Position numbers and translations under genes: made by a program. This document shows, one piece after another, positions 32,032 through 41,421 of a DNA stretch of 64,000 nucleotides. Origin of the DNA: a virus (Duplodnaviria > Caudoviricetes). The notes below the pieces were generated by a model, which made no database searches, was not told the origin of the DNA, and saw only the letters and a program-made list of their open reading frames with translations. Each line of letters opens with the position of its first letter. Position 1 is the stretch's first letter. The DNA lies in IMG/VR virus record IMGVR_UViG_3300013426_000001, positions 32,001 to 96,000 of that record, one strand, 5' to 3'.

Positions 32032-32345
32032 AAAAGGTTTTAAGGAACAATAAAGAGACAAAGGAATATCTCGATTCACTGCCGAAAGCTTATATCGCAG
32101 CCTGCTGGGCTGGTTGGGGCGTTCGCGGTTTCCCCTTTAGTGGAAGATATTTAGACCAGCAAAAGACAATCCCGCTTGTTTGGGATTATTGTGATTTTAA
32201 CGGTGCGGCGGATGAATGGCATTTAGTCCCCATAAATCGAACTACGACTGGGATGATTATGGGCTGGTCGTTCAACGAAAAAATGTTGAGAGATTACGTA
32301 AGACTTAAAAATATTGAGCGCGGTGAGGAGTGGAGAAATGGATAA
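32028..32345 (+). CDS. Hypothetical protein
   Basis: ATGA overlap, GAGGT RBS. Confidence 0.5.
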   Translation: MKKVLRNNKETKEYLDSLPKAYIAACWAGWGVRGFPFSGRYLDQQKTIPLVWDYCDFNGAADEWHLVPINRTTTGMIMGWSFNEKMLRDYVRLKNIERGEEWRNG

Positions 32346-32505
32346 TAATATTGCGAAAAAGTATTACAACAAATTAATCGAAAAGTGGCAGAATCGAATT
32401 GACGAAATCAATTCTTGTGACGATCCTGAAAGTCATAGCAGAATGGAATGCGAAGTGCTCGAAGAAATCATTTTTCAAGTTTCGCTTGGGCTGCCATTAC
32501 TATAA
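32338..32505 (+). CDS. Hypothetical protein
   Basis: ATG 32338 behind GGAG. Confidence 0.45.
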   Translation: MDNNIAKKYYNKLIEKWQNRIDEINSCDDPESHSRMECEVLEEIIFQVSLGLPLL

Positions 32506-32517
32506 GGAGATAAAAAA

Positions 32518-32811
32518 ATGAAACACGAATGTATCGAGAAATTAGCGAAACTTTTAGACGAAGCGAAAGTGCCTTATACCAGAAACCCGATTTGGGATGG
32601 AGAACAGATTCGAATTGGAGTGCTTTGCGACGCTGTATGCCATAATTTTTCTTATGGTAATGAAGATGACCTTTTAGAAATTATGGGCGCCGTAACTGAA
32701 GAAGAAGCAGAAGACGGTAACGTTTTGGGTTGTTTGACGCCCGAAGAAGTTGCGAAGAGATTTGAGTATTGCTATAAAAATAACACCGAGATATATCGAG
32801 AGGAAGACTAA
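32518..32811 (+). CDS. Hypothetical phage protein
   Basis: AAGGAG RBS; DAVCHNFSYGNEDDLLEIMG...VLGCLTPEEV. Confidence 0.6.
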   Translation: MKHECIEKLAKLLDEAKVPYTRNPIWDGEQIRIGVLCDAVCHNFSYGNEDDLLEIMGAVTEEEAEDGNVLGCLTPEEVAKRFEYCYKNNTEIYREED

Positions 32812-33276
32812 ATGGGAGGAATAATTGGAGCGATAATTTTTTGGACATTTATTGGCGGATTTTTTGGCACCATCGCCGTTTGTTTTATCGGCGAAGAGGT
32901 TTTGTCTCGTCGTTACAAAAAGTTTTACGAAACCACGGAAGAAGGTAAGAAACTTTATTGCGCTTCATACACACTTGACCGTCTCGGGAGCAAACACGAC
33001 TGGCTTGTAAATCAAATGAGGGAATTACGTGACAAAATAAACGAATTTGAATGCTATTTCCCCGAAGAGAGTCGCGAAAAGGCGTTTTTGCATGGAATGA
33101 AAGTTCGGTATAAAGAATACTCTGATGAGCTTTATCGCACGAAAAAAGCGATGGCAGATTGGGAGGAGCGAATCAAAAAAATGGTTGCAGAGTTTCCAAA
33201 AAAATACAAAGGAATTCTCGAATATAACTGGGAATTAGCGAAAGTGGAGGTAAAGGAGGAAAGCATATGTTGGTAA
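32812..33276 (+). CDS. Membrane-anchored coiled-coil protein
   Basis: N-terminal hydrophobic helix followed by coiled coil. Confidence 0.55.
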   Translation: MGGIIGAIIFWTFIGGFFGTIAVCFIGEEVLSRRYKKFYETTEEGKKLYCASYTLDRLGSKHDWLVNQMRELRDKINEFECYFPEESREKAFLHGMKVRYKEYSDELYRTKKAMADWEERIKKMVAEFPKKYKGILEYNWELAKVEVKEESICW

Positions 33277-33458
33277 AAGATTGGTTAAGCGCGATTAAGG
33301 ACGATCGGGCTGTTAGGGTTGTGACAAGTACCATTACAATGTCGGCCGCAAAAAGTAGTATAGAACGGGATTTTGGGGATTACGAATTAAAATCTGTTGA
33401 ACAAGATAAAAACACTGGGCGGTTAATTTTATACATATCTAAATTCTTATCGAACTAA
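33267..33458 (+). CDS. Hypothetical protein
   Basis: AAGGAGG RBS. Confidence 0.5.
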   Translation: MLVKDWLSAIKDDRAVRVVTSTITMSAAKSSIERDFGDYELKSVEQDKNTGRLILYISKFLSN

Positions 33459-33633
33459 AAAGGTAAGACGTTATCTTACAGAATATGAAAAAGGATATTA
33501 TGCTGCATTACATGGTGGAGTCTCTACGGATTATATAGTTGAAAATCAATCCTATTGTATGGGAACAAAAGAATGTGAGTCCTGTATTTATGGCGGTGAT
33601 AAAAGAAAGTGCGACTTTTATCCTGTTGAATAA
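33442..33633 (+). pseudogene. Start-less Cys-rich ORF remnant
   Basis: Open frame NSYRTKKVRRYL...YCMGTKECESCIYGGDKRKCDFYPVE* with no start codon or RBS at its 5' end; ends in a junction palindrome. Confidence 0.35.
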
Positions 33634-33648
33634 AAGCTGTATTTTATC
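33629..33648. repeat. Junction palindrome AATAAAA-GCTGTA-TTTTATC
   Basis: 1 mismatch; at a stop codon, before P2. Confidence 0.7.
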
Positions 33649-33667
33649 ATAAACTGTGCTCAAATGG

Positions 33668-33696
33668 TTGACAACTAAACCTAAATGTGTTATAAT
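33668..33696 (+). promoter_or_regulatory. sigmaA promoter P2
   Basis: TTGACA-N17-TATAAT, TGn. Confidence 0.85.
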
Positions 33697-33724
33697 GCAG
33701 TCGTAAACAGAAAGGTGGTTGAAT

Positions 33725-33877
33725 ATGATTAAATGTAAATATTATGACGATGGTTATTGTACTGACGATAATCTTGAGTATGGGTTTTGTCAGTTATGTT
33801 CATACAGGTCTGAAGATGAAGATATGAGAGAATGTTCGGAGTATGTTATGTATGACGGAGGTCAAAAAAATGATTAA
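33725..33877 (+). CDS. Small Cys-rich protein (50 aa, not in ORF track)
   Basis: MIKCKYYDDGYC...CQLC...CSEY; AAAGGTGG RBS right after P2. Confidence 0.55.
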   Translation: MIKCKYYDDGYCTDDNLEYGFCQLCSYRSEDEDMRECSEYVMYDGGQKND

Positions 33878-34214
33878 AATTTGGGTTGATGATGAGAGAG
33901 AAAGACCAGAAGATTATGATTGGTGGCTAAAAACAACAATCAGCGTTATTGCTACGATAGAAGATGAATTTTGTTGGCATCCAAATCAAGAAATAATTCT
34001 GTCTTTGGATCATGATTGCGGTGATTATAAAGAATATGGTGGAGATTATATAAAAGTATTAGATTATTTAGATGAAAAATATAATTCTCACCCCTATTCT
34101 AAATTTGCTAGGTTTATTAAAAATTATATAACCTTTCATCTCCACACAGCAAATCCAGTTGGAAGAGAAAATATGAGAAGAATTATTAAAAAGAATGGTT
34201 GGAGGGAAGTATGA
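33870..34214 (+). CDS. Stand-alone receiver-like domain (cyclic-phosphate-processing REC type)
   Basis: KIWVDDER...LSLDHDCG...HLHTANPVGRENM signature. Confidence 0.75.
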   Translation: MIKIWVDDERERPEDYDWWLKTTISVIATIEDEFCWHPNQEIILSLDHDCGDYKEYGGDYIKVLDYLDEKYNSHPYSKFARFIKNYITFHLHTANPVGRENMRRIIKKNGWREV

Positions 34215-34597
34215 TGAAATGTAAATTTTATTCCGCATCAGCAAACACTTGTATGCTTGACGATCCTAGACAAGAGTGCTCATGTAAAGACAAACCCAGT
34301 GAATGTTTTTTATTCGAACCAGGCGAACGGATTGAATATGGAAGCAGTAACGTATACGAAGATGAAATGAAGGCTGCAAAATTGGCTTGTCAAAAATCGT
34401 CGATAAAATTAGAGTTGGTTCAATACCCCTATTCCAAATCAGGTCCAACCGTTTATCTCGACGATTGGCTAATCGCAGGACCGAGAGCGTTCGGCATTGG
34501 GAAGACGATTGCGAGTTATGAGTTGACGGAAGGGAATTTGAAAGATATTCAGAGAATTGTGACGCGGGAGTTAAACCGTTTGCACGGAGTAGAATAA
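34211..34597 (+). CDS. Hypothetical protein with Cys-rich N-terminus
   Basis: ATGA overlap, GGAGGG RBS. Confidence 0.5.
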   Translation: MMKCKFYSASANTCMLDDPRQECSCKDKPSECFLFEPGERIEYGSSNVYEDEMKAAKLACQKSSIKLELVQYPYSKSGPTVYLDDWLIAGPRAFGIGKTIASYELTEGNLKDIQRIVTRELNRLHGVE

Positions 34598-34612
34598 AAG
34601 AGGAATTTTAAT
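34593..34612. repeat. Junction palindrome AATAAAA-GAGGAA-TTTTAAT
   Basis: 1 mismatch; at a stop codon, before P3. Confidence 0.7.
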
Positions 34613-34648
34613 ATATTATTTTTTTTTCAAGAACTTGCGGCTAAATGC

Positions 34649-34677
34649 TTGACAAGTTCTTTTCTTTATGTTATAAT
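34649..34677 (+). promoter_or_regulatory. sigmaA promoter P3
   Basis: TTGACA-N17-TATAAT, TGn. Confidence 0.85.
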
Positions 34678-34701
34678 AAAGCCACAATCGGAGGTAGAGA
34701 T

Positions 34702-35040
34702 ATGATAGCACCAGAAATTACAAACGTTATAGCGAGATGGAATAAGGAATGCGGGGTAAAGCAAGTCGGGGTTAAATTGCGCGGTTATGGCGAGGGAAGG
34801 TATCGACTTGAAATTTATACTGACAGACCAGGTTTTCTAATTGGGAAGGCAGGTTGCATAATCAATAGATATACCGAAGAGTTGAAAGGGCTTGCGAAAG
34901 AAATTCCTTGGAGAATAACAGAAGTTGAAATACACGAAATTCAACAAATAGTTGGGCAGGAAGAAATTGACGTGGCACAATATTATAAACAGTTTATAGA
35001 CTACGATTTGGAAGATAACGGCGAAATAATGCCGATATGA
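34702..35040 (+). CDS. KH-domain protein resembling the ribosomal protein uS3 N-terminal KH domain
   Basis: LEIYTDRPGFLIGKAG...VEIHEI matches the uS3 pattern IHTARPGxxIGKxG...INIxE; ATG 34702 behind GGAGG. Confidence 0.65.
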   Translation: MIAPEITNVIARWNKECGVKQVGVKLRGYGEGRYRLEIYTDRPGFLIGKAGCIINRYTEELKGLAKEIPWRITEVEIHEIQQIVGQEEIDVAQYYKQFIDYDLEDNGEIMPI

Positions 35041-35058
35041 TAAAACGGCTGTTTTATT
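35039..35058. repeat. Junction palindrome GATAAAA-CGGCTG-TTTTATT
   Basis: 1 mismatch; at a stop codon, immediately before GGGAGG. Confidence 0.7.
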
Positions 35059-35070
35059 GGGAGGTAAATT

Positions 35071-35769
35071 ATGAAAGAATTTAAAGGCGTGTGGCACAAA
35101 GTAGCGGACGGAGATTTGCCAGAACTCGAAGAATTAGTTTTAATTGCATTTAAGGATGGAGGTTTAGGAACCACGATTGGTTATCTGAAGGAATACAATA
35201 TTTATAAAACTTGGCAGATTCAGGATAAAATTATAGGAACTCGAAAGGGCTGGGCTACAATTGATTATGAGACATTTGGATTCAATGAGGTTGTTGCTTG
35301 GATGGAATTACCCGAATATGAAGAGGAACAGAAATTGTTTTTAAATTCAAAATCATATAAGGTTGATAATGATAAATTACAGACCGTAATCTTCTACCAG
35401 AATAGGGGAGAATGGAAGTTATGTTGTAAGGGTGAAGGGTTTTCTGACGCAGTGTCAATTGAATTTGATAAGGTAATTCTTAATATAAAAAATTTAGAGT
35501 TTGATTCTGAGTTTGCCAAATCTCACGATATAACCGATAAATGGGATAGAGGATTTCGATTCAAAGTTTTGTTTAAAGGAATGAGTACATCTATTGACGG
35601 AAAACACCCCATTGATATACTTTGTAATAATTGCGAAATTTTGTACAAGGAGAACAATTCTTTAGTTTTAGAGGCGTTACACGATGAAAATGGTGAAAAG
35701 ATGCAGCTGATTATTGAAGATAATGGCAATTATAAAAAAATAACAGCTTTATCAGGAGAGTCAAAATGA
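35071..35769 (+). CDS. DUF551-like domain protein
   Basis: WHKVADGDLPE...VVAWMELPE. Confidence 0.55.
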   Translation: MKEFKGVWHKVADGDLPELEELVLIAFKDGGLGTTIGYLKEYNIYKTWQIQDKIIGTRKGWATIDYETFGFNEVVAWMELPEYEEEQKLFLNSKSYKVDNDKLQTVIFYQNRGEWKLCCKGEGFSDAVSIEFDKVILNIKNLEFDSEFAKSHDITDKWDRGFRFKVLFKGMSTSIDGKHPIDILCNNCEILYKENNSLVLEALHDENGEKMQLIIEDNGNYKKITALSGESK

Positions 35770-35790
35770 AGTGCGGAACAATTCCTGTAT

Positions 35791-35810
35791 AATGAAATAG
35801 TAGATTTATT
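35791..35810. repeat. Degenerate junction palindrome AATGAAA-TAGTAG-ATTTATT
   Basis: 2 mismatches; intergenic, before GGAGG. Confidence 0.45.
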
Positions 35811-35824
35811 GTGCGGAGGTTAAA

Positions 35825-36088
35825 ATGGAAGTTATCGTAGGCGGCTTACCGAAAAAAGAAGTGGAGCGTGGAGAGGTCGAAAAAATCGCAGAGAAAAATA
35901 GAACCCCGATTAAAAGAATAATAACAACCAAAGAGGGTTGGTGCGAAGATGTAATTTATTACTCAGAAGAAGTATCGACAATTGTTGATTGTGTTGAATA
36001 TTACTCTTATTATAGTTGCACGAAATACAAATGCGGTGTTCCATCGTGGCTGCGAGAACAGCTTGGTTATGATAAAAAAGAAGGGTAA
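35825..36088 (+). CDS. Hypothetical protein
   Basis: GGAGG RBS. Confidence 0.5.
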   Translation: MEVIVGGLPKKEVERGEVEKIAEKNRTPIKRIITTKEGWCEDVIYYSEEVSTIVDCVEYYSYYSCTKYKCGVPSWLREQLGYDKKEG

Positions 36089-36091
36089 GTT

Positions 36092-36343
36092 ATGGAAGTT
36101 GGATTGATTGGTTCGTATTGGGGAATGCGAAGATTTTGTTATGAAAACGGGGTTTTTATAACCTCCCACAACAAAGCGGTATCCCGCGATGGGAAAACGA
36201 GATACAGACTCTTGGATAGGGAAGAAGATTTGGAAGGACGAGAATTCAACGAGGCAATAATGCTCGAAGAACGTTTAGATGTAACCGACGAAGAAAAAGA
36301 AAGGCATAAAAGAATTTTTCAAAGACTTAATGCGCGGAGGTAG
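36092..36343 (+). CDS. Hypothetical protein
   Basis: RBS and coupling to neighbours. Confidence 0.5.
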   Translation: MEVGLIGSYWGMRRFCYENGVFITSHNKAVSRDGKTRYRLLDREEDLEGREFNEAIMLEERLDVTDEEKERHKRIFQRLNARR

Positions 36344-36345
36344 TT

Positions 36346-37314
36346 GTGGGGAAATTTATTGATATGACTGGAACCGAATTCGGTGATTATATAGTAGACT
36401 CTTTTGATGATACAAAGGGTAAATATAAGTATTATTGGAATTGTCATTGCAAGAAATGCGGCGCAAAAAAGTCTATTGCATCTTCAAGTATAAAAGATGG
36501 TAAAAGTGTAAGGTGTAATGTTTGTAATGAGGATTTCGGCAGAAGAGAAGTTTGTGGTTTCCATAAAGATTTGACGGGCAAAAAATTCGGTAGTCTTACG
36601 GTTATCAAATATGCTTATTCAAAAGAGACGCGTTCTTATTGGGTTTGCGGATGCGATTGTGGAAATACTTGTACGGTATCTATAAGCTTCTTAAAAAGAA
36701 GCATCAATTTGATGTGTTCTAAATGTATCGAGAAGTTTTCCGATATAAATAATGTATTAGAAGATAATAATAGAGATATCGACAGAAGAATTATTAACAA
36801 AATTAAATTTACTAATTGTAAATCAAACAAATACATATTTTTAGAAGATAGAATAATTATCAATGATATGATCATTATAGACAAAGAAGATTTTAATTTT
36901 ATTGATAGTTTTGGAAGATATATATCGATTGATACTCGCGGATATGCGTATTTTTCATATGGAAGTAAAGACGTATATTTGCATAGGTTATTATCCAAAG
37001 CGCCGTTATTTTGCGAAAATTTCGAAACTGATATTTGCGATCATATCAACGGTAATAGATTAGATAATCGTAAAGTCAATTTAAGGATAATCAAACGTTC
37101 GGTTAATCCTGTAAATTGTGGTATTCGAACCGATAATAAAAGTGGTTGTAAAGGTGTTTCCTGGTTAGAACGATTAAAGAAATGGCAAGTAAATATACAA
37201 TTTCAAAAACAAAATCACTATATAGGCGTGTTTGAGAATTTTGAAGACGCTGTTAAAGCAAGAAAAGAAGCCGAGATTAAATATTTCGGACATTTAAACA
37301 GGAGTAATTTATGA
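36346..37314 (+). CDS. HNH-AP2 homing endonuclease
   Basis: LHRL...DHINGNRLDNRKVNLR (HNH); NKSGCKGVSW...WQVNI...YIGVF...AVKARKEAE (AP2); two N-terminal DxTGxxFG...WxCxC..CG repeats. Confidence 0.85.
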   Translation: MGKFIDMTGTEFGDYIVDSFDDTKGKYKYYWNCHCKKCGAKKSIASSSIKDGKSVRCNVCNEDFGRREVCGFHKDLTGKKFGSLTVIKYAYSKETRSYWVCGCDCGNTCTVSISFLKRSINLMCSKCIEKFSDINNVLEDNNRDIDRRIINKIKFTNCKSNKYIFLEDRIIINDMIIIDKEDFNFIDSFGRYISIDTRGYAYFSYGSKDVYLHRLLSKAPLFCENFETDICDHINGNRLDNRKVNLRIIKRSVNPVNCGIRTDNKSGCKGVSWLERLKKWQVNIQFQKQNHYIGVFENFEDAVKARKEAEIKYFGHLNRSNL

Positions 37315-40300
37315 GGTATATTAATTTCCACCGCCATTCCATGTACAGCAATTTGCGTAGTTTGGATTGTGTTGTCAAACCCGAAGAATATATGAAAAGG
37401 GCGGTAGAGCTTGGGCAAAAGGAATATGTCACGACCGAGCATGGGTTTCAAGGAAATATCTTTGAGGCCTATACGCTGTGCCAGCAATACGGCTTAAAGT
37501 GTATATATGGGGTAGAAGCATATTATGCCGATGATGCGACCGATAAAACGGAACGCAGTGCCTTCCATATTATACTTGTTGCTTTAACTGAAAAGGCGCG
37601 TCGCGAAATCAATAAGATTATGTCTTGGGCAAATACGGATGGGTTTTATTACAAACCTCGTATCGATTTGAAGTGCTTGCTCTCTTTGACACCGACTGAT
37701 ACACTTGTCACAACGGCTTGTATTGCGAGTAGAATGTTTAAAGATGGTTGGAAAGAAAAGTTTTTTGAACCAGTATATAAGCATTTTGGTAAGAACTTTT
37801 ATCTTGAAACGCAAGCACATACGCATCCGCGCCAAGTCGAGTATAATAAGAAGATAATCCGACTGCATCGCGAACTCGGAATTCCTATTATCCACGCCAA
37901 CGACTCTCATTACATCAAACCAGAAGACGCAAAATATCGTGATTTATTCTTAAAAGCAAAAGGGATAGAATATGCGGATGAAGAAGGGTTTATCCTTGAT
38001 TATCCCGATAGCGACACGATATTACAAAGATATAAAGAGCAGGGCGTTTTAACCGAGCAGGAAGCCATTGCGGCGCTCGAAAACACCTTAATTATTGATA
38101 AGGCAGAAGGTATTCATTTAGATAAAGAATTCAAAATACCGAAAGTTGTAGAAGGCGATAGCAATAAAGAATTAAAAAGGCTTATTAACGAAGGTTGGAA
38201 AAAGGAAAGAGAAAATGTTCCTCGAGAAAGGTGGACCGAATATATTGAACAAATAAAATACGAATATAAAATAGTTGAAGATTGTGGAATGGCGGATTAC
38301 TTTATATTAGACCATTACGTCGTACAGAAAGCCGTTAAAGATTATGGGGCAATTTTAACTCGGACGGGAAGAGGAAGTGCAGTTTCTTTCTACATAAACA
38401 AACTACTTGGTTTGACCGAAGTTGATAGAATTGCTGCCCCAATAACTTTGTATCCGACACGTTTTATGTCCGCCGAACGTATTTTAAGTTCGCGTTCCAT
38501 TCCTGATATCGATCTCAATTTTTTCGAGGTAAAACCAGTTATTCAGGCCAGCAAAGATATTTTGGGGCAAGACGGTATTTATTATATGGTTGCTTACAAA
38601 CCTTTACAAGAATCTTCTGCTTTTAGATTGTGGTGTAAAGCACAGGGTCTCGACATAAAAGAATATGATGAAGTTGCAAAAGAACTTGAAAATCATTTAG
38701 AAGATTCAAAATGGAAAGATTTGATAGAAGACAGCAAAATTTTTCGAGGCGTAATTGAATCTGTTGCTCCATCTCCTTGCAGTTTTTTATTAAGTAATGA
38801 TAAAATATCGGAAGCCATTGGTCTTATTAAGGTCGGAGAAGAAATGTGTTGTTGTCTTGATGGATATAATTGCGATTGTTATAAATGGCTTAAAAACGAC
38901 TATTTAACTGTTTCGGTTTATGGTATTATCGATCGAGTTTATAAAATGATAGGTCGACCAATCGATAGCATTCCTACACTTATAAAGAATTGCGGTCCCG
39001 AAGTTTGGGATATTTATGCAAAGGGATTAACAACAACCATAAACCAAGCGGATTCGGATTATGATAAACAAATTTTAAAAAAATATAAACCGCAAAATCT
39101 TGCTGAAATGTCCGCGTATGTCGCTGCGATTCGTCCTGGGTTTGCTTCGCTTCTTAATAACTTTATCGAACGTAAACCTTATACGACAGGCGTAAAAGAA
39201 CTCGATGATATATTGCAAGATTCATTCCATTATTTGATGTATCAAGAATCAATTATGAAATATTTGGTTTGGTTGGGTATTGAAGAAAAGGGAACTTATG
39301 ATATTATAAAAAAAATAGCGAAGAAGAAATTTAAAGAAGAAGAGTTAAATGCGTTAAAAGAGAAACTTCTCACTTCTTGGGAAAAGAAAATAGGAACAAA
39401 AGAAGGGTTTGCGGAAACTTGGCAAGTTATCGAAGATGCTTCTCGATACAGTTTTAACGCATCGCATTCGCTTTCAGTCGCTTTAGATTCTATGTATGGT
39501 GCTTATCTTAAATCGCATTATCCTATTGAATATTTTACCGTAACGCTTACGATGTATTCTGGCGATATGGATAGAACGGCAAATCTAATTGCGGAACTGC
39601 CTTTCTTCAACATTAAACTCAAAGATATTTCATTCGGTCACTCAAAGTCAGGTTACAATATGGACAAATCCACTAATACCATTTACAAAGGAATGGAATC
39701 CATAAAGTACATGAACGCTTCGGTTTCCGATACGCTTTATGGGCTTTCGCAAACGAAGAAATACAACAACTTCCTCGAACTGCTCAAAGACTTTCCAGGC
39801 GATTCCCGCCAGTTGGATATTCTGATAAAGCTCGGTTACTTCGATTGTTTCGGAACACCGCAGAAGCTCTTATCAATCGTTGATATTTACAACACCTATT
39901 CAGGCAAAAAGCTTCTCAAAAAAGAAACCTGTTCCCTTCCCCGCGAAACGATACTTCAATTCGCGACGGAGACTGACAAGCAGTATCGTATAACCGATTC
40001 CGAAGGGCTCGTTTCTTACCTCTGTGAACACGCCAAGCCGAAGGAATTCACTCTTTCCGAGCGCTTGGCTTGCGAGTTGGAATATTTGGGGTATTTAAGC
40101 TTTAAGAGCACAGACGCGAGAGATAAATACAACGGTTATGTTTGCTCGGCTGACACAAAGTTTTCACCAAAAATTACGGTTTATAACCTTTATACAGGCA
40201 AAACCGAAATAATCAAATGCTACAAAAAAACCTTCGCCGAGCAGCCGCTCGCAAAAGGCATGATTATCACTTATTACACCGAGAGCAAGCAAAGAAGCCG

Positions 40301-40403
40301 AATGAACCCCGAAACAAAGCAGTGGGAAAAAGTTCCCAACGAGTTCGAACAGTGGTTTAAATGGTATCAAATACGAGAATTACCTCCTAAGGAGACAAAA
40401 TAA
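37311..40403 (+). CDS. dnaE: DNA polymerase III alpha subunit (phage DnaE)
   Basis: PHP motifs HRHS, TEHG, GVEAY, ANDSHY; GRGSA; PDIDL catalytic motif; YQESIM; YSFNASHS. Confidence 0.92.
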   Translation: MRYINFHRHSMYSNLRSLDCVVKPEEYMKRAVELGQKEYVTTEHGFQGNIFEAYTLCQQYGLKCIYGVEAYYADDATDKTERSAFHIILVALTEKARREINKIMSWANTDGFYYKPRIDLKCLLSLTPTDTLVTTACIASRMFKDGWKEKFFEPVYKHFGKNFYLETQAHTHPRQVEYNKKIIRLHRELGIPIIHANDSHYIKPEDAKYRDLFLKAKGIEYADEEGFILDYPDSDTILQRYKEQGVLTEQEAIAALENTLIIDKAEGIHLDKEFKIPKVVEGDSNKELKRLINEGWKKERENVPRERWTEYIEQIKYEYKIVEDCGMADYFILDHYVVQKAVKDYGAILTRTGRGSAVSFYINKLLGLTEVDRIAAPITLYPTRFMSAERILSSRSIPDIDLNFFEVKPVIQASKDILGQDGIYYMVAYKPLQESSAFRLWCKAQGLDIKEYDEVAKELENHLEDSKWKDLIEDSKIFRGVIESVAPSPCSFLLSNDKISEAIGLIKVGEEMCCCLDGYNCDCYKWLKNDYLTVSVYGIIDRVYKMIGRPIDSIPTLIKNCGPEVWDIYAKGLTTTINQADSDYDKQILKKYKPQNLAEMSAYVAAIRPGFASLLNNFIERKPYTTGVKELDDILQDSFHYLMYQESIMKYLVWLGIEEKGTYDIIKKIAKKKFKEEELNALKEKLLTSWEKKIGTKEGFAETWQVIEDASRYSFNASHSLSVALDSMYGAYLKSHYPIEYFTVTLTMYSGDMDRTANLIAELPFFNIKLKDISFGHSKSGYNMDKSTNTIYKGMESIKYMNASVSDTLYGLSQTKKYNNFLELLKDFPGDSRQLDILIKLGYFDCFGTPQKLLSIVDIYNTYSGKKLLKKETCSLPRETILQFATETDKQYRITDSEGLVSYLCEHAKPKEFTLSERLACELEYLGYLSFKSTDARDKYNGYVCSADTKFSPKITVYNLYTGKTEIIKCYKKTFAEQPLAKGMIITYYTESKQRSRMNPETKQWEKVPNEFEQWFKWYQIRELPPKETK

Positions 40404-41410
40404 TGGCAGTTAAAAAACCAACAAGATTTTCATACAGTAGGCTAAATCAAATGGAGAATTGTCCGTTTGCCTACTACTTAAAATACGAACAAAAGCATTG
40501 GCCCAAGGACAGTGCCTTAACAATGGAGTATGGCAATTTGTGCCATTATGTCCTCGAAACAATCGGTAATTGCATAAAAGACGGCAAAGAAATTCCCTAC
40601 GAAAAGCTCACCGAAGATTTTTGGAATATCGAATTACACACCCAAGAAAACGGGAAGAAAAAAGAGGATATACTCGGAGCTAATCTTCTCGCCAAGAAAT
40701 ACCCCGAAGCGTGGGTAAAACCCAGCCGCGCAGGGAAGACTTACGTGGAAAAGGCGAAATACTTCGCGGCGATTGGAATGTATCGCTTGGAATGGTATAT
40801 GCAAGATCACCCCGAACTTGAAATCGTCGGCTGCGAAGTTCCGTTCGAGTTTAAGTATAACGATAATTATACCTTTTTCGGGTATATCGACCGTTTACTT
40901 AAAGTTAAAGGGCAGAATAAGTTTGTAATTCACGATATAAAAACCAAAGACAAAGAATTTCGAAGGGAGGATTTGGCGACACCGTTGCAGTTCGTGATTT
41001 ACGTTTTATCGCAGCAAAAGGTTTACGGCGAAGACGCAGAGTTTGAATGTTGTTACGATTTGCCTTTCGCAGGTGAAGACGGCGTTTGGCAGTCGGCGTT
41101 GACAAAAGGCGGGATAAAGCGCGGGCTTACAAAAATCGACAAGCTTTTTGCTAAAATCGAGAATAAAGAATGGAAGCCGTCGCCGAGTATTTTGTGCGCT
41201 TGGTGTCCGTTCAGTGCGAATAACCCTGACCAACCCGAAGATTGCAAGAATTTGTGCTGTTATTACAACCTTTCAACACAAGATGAGTTCGACACTTATC
41301 ACGTGAAAATGGAATGGAAAGGAATGGACAAACACTTTATTCAAATGAAAAAATTCACGGCGTTACAAGCGATCGACGAAGCAATTGACGATGATGATTT
41401 CGAAATTTAA
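40403..41410 (+). CDS. PD-(D/E)XK exonuclease (Cas4/AddB/RecB-like)
   Basis: FSYSRL...CP; GNLCH; E...FGYIDR...HDIKT; Q...Y; C-terminal CAWCPF...C (Fe-S staple). Confidence 0.85.
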   Translation: MAVKKPTRFSYSRLNQMENCPFAYYLKYEQKHWPKDSALTMEYGNLCHYVLETIGNCIKDGKEIPYEKLTEDFWNIELHTQENGKKKEDILGANLLAKKYPEAWVKPSRAGKTYVEKAKYFAAIGMYRLEWYMQDHPELEIVGCEVPFEFKYNDNYTFFGYIDRLLKVKGQNKFVIHDIKTKDKEFRREDLATPLQFVIYVLSQQKVYGEDAEFECCYDLPFAGEDGVWQSALTKGGIKRGLTKIDKLFAKIENKEWKPSPSILCAWCPFSANNPDQPEDCKNLCCYYNLSTQDEFDTYHVKMEWKGMDKHFIQMKKFTALQAIDEAIDDDDFEI

Positions 41411-41421
41411 GGAGAGTTAAA

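Noticed and set aside
37311-40403. Intron or intein in dnaE
   Set aside because: The ORF is continuous at 1030 aa with motifs in normal spacing and no intein splice motifs seen.
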